Source of the DNA: Squalus acanthias
Lineage: Eukaryota
Reading direction: 5' to 3'
DNA length: 64,000 bases
Assembly (NCBI GenBank): GCA_030390025.1
Contig: CM059438.1
Location: forward strand, 55,554,001-55,618,000
The notes under the pieces are model-generated. The model was not told where the DNA came from, did no database searches, and saw only the letters and a list, made by a program, of their open reading frames with translations. Shown here one piece after another: positions 49,001 to 59,956 of this stretch; the stretch's first letter is position 1, and every line of letters begins with the position of its first letter. The position numbers were made by a program, and so were the translations under genes.

Positions 49001-52000
49001 TGGGACCCATACCCCAGTGACAGTCAGTGCCTGTGAAACTCTTACCCCAGTGAGAGTCAGTGCTTGTGAAACCCGTTCCCCAGTGAAAGTCAGTGTCTGT
49101 GGAACCCATACTCCAGTGAGAGTCAGTATCTGTGGAACCCATACCCCAGTGAGAGTCAGTGCCTGTGGAACCTGTAACCCAGTGAGAGTCAGTGCCCTTG
49201 GAACTCGTACTCCAGGGAGAGTCAGTGCCCGAGGAACCCATACACCAGTGAGAGTCAGTGTCTGTGAAACCCATACCCCAGTGAGAATCAGTGTCTGTGG
49301 AACCCATACCCCAGTGAGAGTCAGTGCCCATGGAACTCGTACCCTAGTGACAGTCAGTGTCTATGGAACCCGTACCCCAGTGAGAGTCAGTGTGTGTGGG
49401 ACCCATACCCCAGTGAGAGTCAGTGCCTGTGAAACCCGTTCCCCAGTGAGAGTCACTGCCCATGGAACTCGTACCCTAGTGAGAGACAGTGTTTGTGGAA
49501 CCCGTACCCCAGTGAGAATCAGTGTCTGTGGAACCCGTACCCCAGTGAGAGTCAGTGCCCATGGAACCCGTACCCCAGTGACAGTCTATGTTTGCGGAAC
49601 CTGTACCCAGTGAGAGTCAGTGCCTGTGGAACCACTGCCCCAGTGAGAGTCAGTGTCTGTGGAACCCGTACCCCAGTGAGAGTCAGTGTGTGTGGGATTC
49701 ATACCCCAGTGAGAGTCAGTGTCTGTGGAACCCATACCCCAGTGAGAGTCAGTGTCTGTGGAACCCGTACCCCAGGTGACAGTCAGTGCCTGTGAAACCC
49801 GTACCCCAGTGAGAGTCAGTGCCTGTGAAACCCTTACCCCAGTGAGAGTCAGTGTCTGTGGAACTGTAGCCCAGTGAGAGTCAGTGCCCATGGAACCCAT
49901 ACCCCAGTGAGAGTCAGTGCCCATGGAACTCGTACCCTAGTGACAGTCAGTGCCTGTGAAACCCTTACCCCAGTGAGAGTCAGTGTCTGTGGAACCCGTA
50001 CCCCAGTGAGAGTCAGTGTCTGTGGAACCCGTACCCCAGTGAGAGTCAATGTGTATGGGACCCATACCCAAGTGATAGTCAGTGTCTGTGGAACTGTACC
50101 CCAGTGAGAGTCAGTGTGTGTGGGACCCATACCCCAGTGACAGTCAGTGCCTGTGAAACTCTTACCCCAGTGAGAGTCAGTGCTTGTGAAACCCGTTCCC
50201 CAGTGAAAGTCAGTGTCTGTGGAACCCATACCCCAGTGAGAGTCAGTATCTGTGGAACCCATACCCCAGTGAGAGTCAGTGCCTGTGGAACCTGTAACCC
50301 AGTGAGAGTCAGTGCCCTTGGAACTCGTACTCCAGGGAGAGTCAGTGCCCGAGGAACCCATACACCAGTGAGAGTCAGTGTCTGTGAAACCCATACCTCA
50401 GTGAGAATCAGTGTCTGTGGAACCCATACCCCAGTGAGAGTCAGTGCCCATGGAACTCGTACCCTAGTGACAGTCAGTGTCTATGGAACCCGTACCCCAG
50501 TGAGAGTCAGTGTGTGTGGGACCCATACCCCAGTGAGAGTCAGTGCCTGTGAAACCCGTTCCCCAGTGAGAGTCACTGCCCATGGAACTCGTACCCTAGT
50601 GAGAGACAGTGTTTGTGGAACCCGTACCCCAGTGAGAATCAGTGTCTGTGGATCCCGTACCCCAGTGAGAGTCAGTGCCCATGGAACCCGTACCCCAGTG
50701 ACAGTCTATGTTTGCGGAACCTGTACCCAGTGAGAGTCAGTGCCTGTGGAACCCATACATCAGTGAGAGTCAGTGCCTGTGGAACCCATACATCAGTGAG
50801 AGTCAGTGCCTGTGGAACCCATACCCCAGTGAGAGTGAGTGCCTGTGGAACCTGTACCCCAGTGAGAGTCAGTGTCTGTGGAACTCGTACCCCAGTGAGA
50901 GGCAGTGCCTGTGGAACCCGAACCCTAGTGACAGTCAGTGTCTGTGGAAACCGTACCCCAGTGACAGTCAGTGCCTGTGAAACCCATACCCCAGTGAGAG
51001 TCAGTGCCCATGGAACTCGTACCCTAGTGACAGTCAGTGCCTGCGAAACCCGTACCCCAGTAAGAGTCAGTGCCTGTGAAACCCTTACCCCAGTGAGAGT
51101 CAGTGTCTGTGGAACCCGTACCCCAGTGAGAGTCAATGTGTGTGGGACCCATACCCAAGTGATAGTCAGTGTCTGTGGAACTGTACCCCAGTGAGAGTCA
51201 GTGCCCATGGAACCCGTACCCCAGTGTGAGTCAGTGCCTGTGGAACCCGTACCCTAGTGACAGTCAGTGTCTGTGGAACCCGTACCCCAGTGACAGTCAG
51301 TGCCTGTGAAACTCGTACCCCAGTGAGAGTCAGGGTGTGTGGGACTCATACCCCAGTGAGAGTCAGTGTCTGTGGAACCCATACCCCAGTGAGAGTCAGT
51401 GTCTGTGTGACCCGTACCCCAGGTGACAGTCAGTGCCTGTGAAACTCTTACCCCAGTGAGAGTCAGTGTCTGTGGAACAGTAGCCCAGTGAGAGTCAGTG
51501 CCCATGGAACTTGTACCCCGAGGAGGGTCAGTGCCTGTGGAACCTGTACCCCAGTGTGAGTCAGTGTTTGTGGAACGTGTACCCCAGTGAGAGTCAGTGT
51601 CTTTTGAACCTGTACCCCAGTGAGAGTCAGTGCCCGAGCAACCCGTATCCTAGTGACAGTCAGTGTCTGAGAAACCTGCACCCCAGTGACAGTCAGTGCC
51701 CATGGAACTCGTACCCCATGGAGAGTCAGTGTCTGTGAAACCCGTACCCCAGTGAGAATCAGTGTCTGTGGAACACGTTCCCCAGTGAGAGTCAGTGCCT
51801 GTGAAACCGGTTCCCCAGTGAGAGTCAGTGTCTGTGGAACCCATACCCCAGTGAGAGTCAGTGCCTGTGAAACCCGTGTCCCAGTGAGAGTCAGTGCCTT
51901 TGGAGCCTGTACCCGAGTGAGAGTCAGTGCCCATGGAATTCGTACCCCAGGGAGAGTCAGTGTCTGTGGAACCACTGCCCCAGTGAGAGTCAGTGTCTGT

Positions 52001-55000
52001 GGAACCCGTACCCCAGTGAGAGTCAGTGTGTGTGGGATTCATACCCCAGTGAGAGTCAGTGTCTGTGGAACCCATACCCCAGTGAGAGTCAGTGTCTGTG
52101 GAACCCGTACCCCAGGTGACAGTCAGTGCCTGTGAAACCCGTACCCCAGTGAGAGTCAGTGCCTGTGAAACCCTTACCCCAGTGAGAGTCAGTGTCTGTG
52201 GAACTGTAGCCCAGTGAGAGTCAGTGCCCATGGAACCCGTACCCCATGAGAGTCAGTGCCCATGGAACTTGTACCCCGGGGAGGGTCAGTGGCTGTGGAA
52301 CCTGTACCCCAGAGAGAGTCAGTGTTTGTGGAACCTGAACCCCAGTGAGAGTCAGTGTCTGTGGAACCTGTACCCCAGTGAGAGTCAGTGTCTGTGGAAC
52401 CAGTGCCCCAGTGAGGGTCAGTGCCTGTGAAACCCTTACCTCAGTGAGAGTCAGTGCCCCTGGAACTTGTACCCTAGTGAGAGTCAGTGTCTGTGGAACC
52501 CGTACCCCAGTGAGAGTCAGTGTCTGTGGAATCTGTACCATAGTGAGAGTCAGTGTTTGTGGGACCCGTACACCAGTGAGAGTCAGTGTGTGTGGAACTT
52601 GTACCCCAGTGAAAGTCAGTGTCTGCGGAACCTGTACCCGATTGAGAGTCAGGGCCCATTTAACTCGTTCCCCAGTGAGAGTCAGTGCCTGTGGAACCCG
52701 TACCCCAGTGAGAGTCAGTGCCCATGGAACTTGTACCCCGGGGAGGGTCAGTGGCTGTGGAACCTGTACCCCAGTGAGAGTCAGTGTTTGTGGAACCTGT
52801 ACCCCAGTGAGAGTCAGTGTCTGTGGAACCTGTACCCCAGTGAGAGTCAGTGTCTGTGGAACCCTTACCCCAGTGAGAGCCATTGTCTGTGGAACCCATA
52901 CCCCAGTGAGAGTCAGTGCCTGTGAAACCCTTACCCCAGTGAGAGTCAGTGCCTGTGGAACCAGTGCCCCAGAGAGGGTCAGTGTCTGTGGAACCAGTGC
53001 CCCAGTGAGAGTCAGTGCCTGTGAAACCCTTACCTCAGTGAGAGTCAGTGCCCCTGGAACTTGTACCCTAGTGAGAGTCAGTTCTGTGGAAACCGTACCC
53101 CAGTGAGAGTCAGTGTCTGTGGAAACTGTACCATAGTGAGAGTCAGTGTCTGTGGGACCCGTACCCCAGTGAGAGTCAGTGCCCATGGAACTTGTACCCC
53201 GGGGAGGGTCAGTGGCTGTGGAACCTGTACGGCAGTGAGAGTCAGTGTTTGTGGAACCTGTACCCCAGTGAGAGTCAGTGTCAATGGAACTCGTACCCCA
53301 GGGAGAGTCAGTGCCCGATGAACCCATACACTCATGAGAGTCAGTGTCTGTGAAACCCATACACCATTGAGAATCAGTGTCTGTGGAACCCATACCCGAG
53401 TGAGAGTCAGTGCCCATGGAACTCGTACCCTAGTGACAGTCAGTGTCTGTGGAACCCGTACCCCAGTGAGAGTCAGTGTGTGTGGGACCCATACCCCAGT
53501 GAGAGTCAGTGCCTGTGAAACCCGTTCCCCAGTGAGAGTCAGTGCCCATGGAACTCGTACCCTAGTGACAGTCAGTGTCTGTGGAACCCGTACCCCAGTG
53601 AGAGTCAGTGTGTGTGGAACCTGTACCCCAGTGAGAGTCAGTGTCTGTGGAACCTGGACCCCAGTGAGAGTCAGTGCCCGAGGAACCCATACCCCAGTGA
53701 GGGTCAGTACCCGGAGAACCATTAGCCCAGTGAGAGTCAGTACCCCTTGACCTGTACCCTAGTGAGAGACGCTGTCCATGGAGCCGATACCCAGGGAGGG
53801 TACGTGCCTTTGGAGCCTGTACCCCAGTGTGAGTCAGTGCCCATGAAACTCGTACCCCAGTGAGAGTCAGTGTCTGTGAAACCTGTACCCCAGTGAGAGT
53901 CAGTGCCCATTGAACTCGTATCCTAGTGACAGTCAGTGTCTGAGAAACCCGTACCCCAGTGACAGTCAGTGTCTGTGGAACCCGTACCCCAGTGAGAGTC
54001 AGTGTCTCTAGAACCCGTACCCCAGTGAGAGTCAGTGTCTGTGGAACCCATTCCCCAGTGAGAGTCAGTGCCTGTGAAACCGGTTCCCCAGTGAGAGTCA
54101 GTGTCTGTGGAACCCATACCCCAGTGACAGTCAGTGTCTGTGGAACCCGTACCCCAGTGAGAGTCAGTGTCTGTGGAACGAGTGCCCCAGTGAGAGTCAG
54201 TGTCTGTGGAACCAGTGCCCCAGTGAGAGTCAGTGCCTGTGAAACCCTTACCCCAGTGAGAGTCAGTGCCCATGGAACCCGTACCTCAGTGAAAGTCAGT
54301 GTCTGTGGAAGCCGTACCCCAGTGAGAGTCAGTGTCTGTCGAAACTGTACCACAGTGAGAGGCAGTGTCTGTGGGACCCGTACCCCAGTGAGAGTCAGTG
54401 TGTGTGGAACATGTACCCCAGTGAGAGTCAGTGTCTGTGGAACCTGTACCCCAGTGAGAGTCAGTGTCCGAGGAACCCGTACCCCAATGGGTTTCAGTAC
54501 TCCTGGACCCGTACCCCAGTGAGTGTCAGTTGCTGTAGAACCATTAGGCCAGTGAGAGTCATTACTCCTGGACCTGTACCCTAGTGAGAGTCACTGTACA
54601 TGGAACCGAAACACAGGGAGGGTAGGTGCCTTTGGAGCCTGTACGCCAGTGAGAGTCAGTGCCCATGTAACTCGTACCGCTGGGAGAGTCAGTGTCTGTG
54701 GAACACATACCCAATGAAAGTCAGTGTCTATGGAACCTGTACCCCAGTGAGAGTCAGTGCCCCTGGAACTCGTCCCCTAGTGAGAGTCAGTGTCTGTGGA
54801 ACCCGTAACCCAGTGAGAATCAGTGTCTCTGGAACCCATACCCCAGTGAGAGTCAGTGACCCTGGAACTCGTACCCTAGTGACAGCCAGTGTCTGTGGAG
54901 CCCGTACCCCAGTGAGAGTCAGTGTGTGTGGGACCCATACCCCAGTGACAGTCAGTGCCTGTGAAACTCTTACCCCAGTGAGAGTCAGTGCTTGTGAAAC

Positions 55001-58000
55001 CCGTTCCCCAGTGAAAGTCAGTGTCTGTGGAACCCATACTCCAGTGAGAGTCAGTATCTGTGGAACCCATACCCCAGTGAGAGTCAGTGCCTGTGGAACC
55101 TGTAACCCAGTGAGAGTCAGTGCCCTTGGAACTCGTACTCCAGGGAGAGTCAGTGCCCGAGGAACCCATACACCAGTGAGAGTCAGTGTCTGTGAAACCC
55201 ATACCCCAGTGAGAGTCAGTGCCCATGGAACTCGTACCCTAGTGACAGTCAGTGTCTATGGAACCCGTACCCCAGTGAGAGTCAGTGTGTGTGGGACCCA
55301 TACCCCAGTGAGAGTCAGTGCCTGTGAAACCCGTTCCCCAGTGAGAATCACTGCCCATGGAACTCGTACCCTAGTGAGAGACAGTGTTTGTGGAACCCGT
55401 ACCCCAGTGAGAATCAGTGTCTGTGGAACCCGTACCCCAGATAGCGTCAGTGCCCATGGAACCCGTACCCCAGTGACAGTCTATGTTTGCGGAACCTGTA
55501 CCCAGTGAGAGTCAGTGCCTGTGGAACCCATACATCAGTGAGAGTCAGTGCCTGTGGAACCCATACATCAGTGAGAGTCAGTGCCTGTGGAACCCATACC
55601 CCAGTGAGAGTGAGTGCCTGTGGAACCTGTACCCCAGTGAGAGTCAGTGTCTGTGGAACCCGTACCCCAGTGAGAGGCAGTGCCTGTGGAACCCGAACCC
55701 TAGTGACAGTCAGTGTCTGTGGAAACCGTACCCCAGTGACAGTCAGTGCCTTTGAAACCCATACCCCAGTGAGAGTCAGTGCCCATGGAACTCGTACCCT
55801 AGTGACAGTCAGTGCCTGCGAAACCCGTACCCCAGTGAGAGTCAGTGCCTGTGAAACCCGTACCCCAGTGAGAGTCAGTGTCTGTGGAACCCGTACCCCA
55901 GTGAGAGTCAGTGTCTGTGGAACCCGTACCCCAGTGAGAGTCAATGTGTGTGGGACCCATACCCAAGTGATAGTCAGTGTCTGTGGAACTGTACCCCAGT
56001 GAGAGTCAGTGCCCATGGAACCCGTACCCCAGTGTGAGTCAGTGCCTGTGGAACCCGTACCCTAGTGACAGTCAGTGTCTGTGGAACCCGTACCCCAGTG
56101 ACAGTCAGTGCCTGTGAAACTCGTACCCCAGTGAGAGTCAGGGTGTGTGGGACTCATACCCCAGTGAGAGGCAGTGTGTGTGGAACTTGTACCCCAGTGA
56201 GAGTCAGTGTCTGTGGAACCTGTACCTCAGTGACAGTCAGTGTCTGTGGAAACTGTACCACAGTGAGAGTCAGTCTCTGTGGAACTCGTACCCCAGTGAT
56301 AGTCAGTGCCTGTGGAACCTGTACCCGAGTGAGAGTCAGTGCCTGTGGAACCCGTACCCCAGTGACAGGCCCTGCCCAAGAACCCGTACCCCAGTGACAG
56401 TCCCTGCCCAAGGACCCGTACCCCAGTGACAGTCCCTGCCCAAGGAACCATACCCCAGCGACAGTCCCTGCCCAAGGACCCGCACCCCAGTGACAGTCCC
56501 TGCCCAAGGACCCGTACTCCAGTGACAGTCCCTGCCCAAGGACCCATACCCCAGCGACAGTCCCTGCCCAAGGACCCGTACCCCAGTGACAGTCACTGCC
56601 CTAGGGCCCGTACCCAAGTGAGAGACAGTGCCCAAGGACCCGTACCCCAGTGAGAGACAGTGCCCAAGGACCCGTACCCCAGTGACAGTCCCGGCCCAAG
56701 GACCCGTACCCCAGTGACAGTCACTGCCCAAGGGCCCGTACCCCAGTGAGAGTCAAAGCCTGTAATACCTATACTCCAGTGAGAATCAGTGTCTGTGGAA
56801 CTCGTAACCCAGTGAGAGTCAGTGTCTGTGGAATTCGTACCCCAGTGAGAGTCAGTGCCTGTGAAACCCGTACCCCAGTGAGAGTCAGTGCCCATGGAAC
56901 TCGTACCCTAGTGACAGTCAGTGTATGTGGAACACGTACCCCAGTGAGAGTCAGTGTGTGTGGGACTCATACCCCAGTGAGAGTCAGTGTCTGTGGAACC
57001 CATACCCCAGTGAGAGTCAGTGTCTGTGGGATCCGTACCCCAGTGAGAGTCAGTGTCTGTGGGACCCGTACCCCAGTGAGAGTCAATCTCTGTGGAACCC
57101 GTAACCCAGTGAGAATCAGTGTGTGTGGGACCCATACCCAAGTGAGAGTCAGTGTCTGTGGAACTGTACCCCAGTGAGGGTCAATGCCCATGGAACTCGT
57201 ACCCGAGTGACAGTCAGTGTCTGTGGAACCCGTACCCCAGTGACAGTCAGTGTCTGTGAAACCCATACCCCAGTGAGAATCAGTGTCTGTGGGACTCATA
57301 CCCCAGTGAGAGTCAGTGCCTGTGAAACCAGTTCCCCAGTGAGAGTCAGTGCCCATGGAACTTGTACCCTAGTGACAGTCAGTGTCTGTGGAATACGTAC
57401 CCCAGTGAGAGTCAGTGTGTGTGGAACACATACCCCAGTGACAGACCCTGCCGAAGGAACCGTACCCCAGTGACAGTCCCTGCCCAAGGACACGTACCCC
57501 AGTGACAGTCCTTGCCCAAGGACCCGTACCCCAGTGACAGTCCCTGCCCAAGGACCCATACCCCAGTGACAGTCCCTGCCCAAGGGCCCGTACCCCAGTG
57601 ACAGCCCCTGCCCAAGGACCCGTACCCCACTGACAGTCACTACCCAAGGGCCCGTACCCCAGTGAGAGTCAAAGCCTGTAATGCCCATACCCCAGTGAAA
57701 GTCAGTGTCTGTGGAACTCGTACCCCAGTGAGAGTCAGTGTCTGTGGAACTTGTACCCCAGTGAGTGTCAGTGCCTGCGGAACTGTACCCCAGTGAGAGT
57801 CAGTGCCTGTGAAACCCGTTCCCCAGTGAGAGTCAAAGCCTGTAATGCCCATACCCCAGTGAAAGTCAGTGTCTGTGGAACTCGTACCCCAGTGAGAGTC
57901 AGTGTCTGTGGAACTTGTACCCCAGGGAGAGTCAGTGCCCGAGGAACCCATACACCAGTGAGAGTCAGTGTCTGTGAAACCCGTACCCCAGTGAGAATCT

Positions 58001-58439
58001 ATTTCTGTGGAACCCATACCCCAGTGAGAGTCAGTGCCCATGGAACTCGTACCCTAGTGACAGTCAGTATCTGTGGAACCCGTACCCCAGTGAGAGTCAG
58101 TGTGTGTGGGACCCATACCCCAGTGAGAGTCAGTGCCTGTGAAACCCGTTCCCCAGTGAGAGTCAGTGCACATGGAACTCGTACCCTAGTGACAGTCAGT
58201 GTCTGTGGAACCCGTACCCCAGTGAGAGTCAGTGTGTGTGGGATTCATACCCCAGTGAGAGTCAGTGTCTGTGGAACCCATACCCCAGTGAGAGTCAGTG
58301 TCTGTGGGACCCGTACCCCAGGTGACAGTCAGTGCCTGTGAAACCCGTACCCCAGTGAGAGTCAGTGCCTGTGAAACCCTTACCCCAGTGAGAGTCAGTG
58401 TCTGTGGAACTGTAGCCCAGTGAGAGTCAGTGCCCATGG

Positions 58440-59956
58440 AAATTTTGGAGTCCATTATTAAGGAAACAGTAACAGGACATTTGGATAATCATAATTTAAT
58501 AGGACAAAGTCAGCATGGTTTTACGAAGGGGAAGTCATGTTTGACAAATTTGCTGGAGTTCTTTGAGGAAGTAACATATAGAGTGGATAAAGGGGAACCA
58601 GTGGACGTAGTGTATTTAGACTTCCAAAAGGCATTTGACAAGGTGCCACACAAAAGATTATTGCTTAAGGTAAAAAATCACGGAATTGGGGGTAATATTC
58701 TGGCATGGATAGAGGATTGGCTATCTAACAGAAAGCAAAGAGTTGGGATAAATGGTTCATTCTCAGACTGGCAATCAGTAACTAGTGGTGTTCCACAGGG
58801 GTCAGTGCTGGGTCCCCAACTCTTCACAATCTATATTAACGATTTGGAGGAAGGGACCAAGTGTAACATATCAAAATTTGCAGATGATACAAAGATGGGA
58901 GGGAAAGTAGTGAATGAGGAGGACATAAAAAACCTGCAAGGGGACATAGACAGGCTAAGTAAGTGGGCAGAGATTTGGCAGATGGAATACAACACTGGAA
59001 AGTGTGAGGTGATGCACTTTGGCAGGAAAAATCCTAGAGCAATTTATTATCTTAATGGCAAGAAACTGGAGAGTACTGAAGTGCAAAGGGATCTGGGGGT
59101 CCTGGTGCACGAAACTCAAAAGGTTAGTATGCAGGTGCAGCAAGTGATTAAGAAGGCAAATGGAATGTTGGCTTTCATTGCTAGGGGGATAGAATATAAA
59201 AATAGGGAGGTATTGCTTCAGTTGTACAAGGTATTGGTGAGACCGCACCTGGAATACTGCATACAGTTTTGGTGTCCTTACTTAAGGAAAGACATCCTTG
59301 CTCTCGAGGCAGTGCAAAAAAGGTTCATTCGGTTAATCCCGGGGATGAGGGGGTGGTCATATGAGGAGAGGTTGGGTAGATTGGGACTCTACTCATTGGA
59401 GTTCAGAAGAATGAGAGGCGATCTTATTGAAACATATAAGATTGTGAAGGGGTTGGATCGGGTGGATGCGGGGAGGATGTTCCCGATGACGGGTGAGACG
59501 AGAACTAGGGGACATAGTCTTAGAATAAGGGGCTGCTCTTTCAAAACTGAGATGAGGAGGAACTACTTCACTCAGAGGGTGGTAGGTCCATGGAATATGC
59601 TGCCACAAAAAGCTGTAGAAGCTACAACATTAATTAAATTTAAAACAGAAATAGACAGTTTCCTAGAAGTAAAGGGCATTAAGGGTTACGGGGAGCGGGC
59701 AGGAATTTGGACATGAGTCTAGGTTCGGATCGGTCATGGCCCTGTGGGTAGTGGAGCGGGCCCAGGGACTGTGTAGCCTGATTCTGCTCCTATTTCGTGT
59801 GTGCAATTCTGCTAGATGCAGGAGATGGTTCTGTGATAGATAGTAGATTGGCGGTTAGGATCAGATCAGCCATGATCTTATTGAATGGCGGAGCAGGCTC
59901 GAGGGGCCGATTGGCCTACTCCTGCTCCTATTTCTTATGTTCTTATGTTCTTATGT
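58440..59956 (+). mobile_element. 5'-truncated CR1 LINE (1,517 bp) inserted into the satellite
   Basis: RT motifs QHGF, DFQKAFD, GVPQGSVLGP, KFADD and RPHLEYC; 3' UTR; (TTCTTATG)3 tail. The flanks rejoin into an intact monomer cccatgg|aacccgtacc. Paralog offset rises from 14,207 (43979/58186) to 15,724 (44345/60069). Confidence 0.97.
58442..59716 (+). pseudogene. Uninterrupted but 5'-truncated CR1 ORF2 RT domain and C-terminus
   Basis: Open frame ILESIIKE...GERAGIWT* with no internal stop. The apparent start MPME comes from the satellite flank. The endonuclease is absent. Confidence 0.9.

Noticed and set aside
58430..58441. Satellite-derived start (GTG CCC ATG GAA) in frame with the CR1 RT, suggesting a domesticated RT gene
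   Set aside because: In-frame fusion is expected by chance about one time in three. There is no promoter evidence, and the N-terminal RT region and endonuclease are missing.
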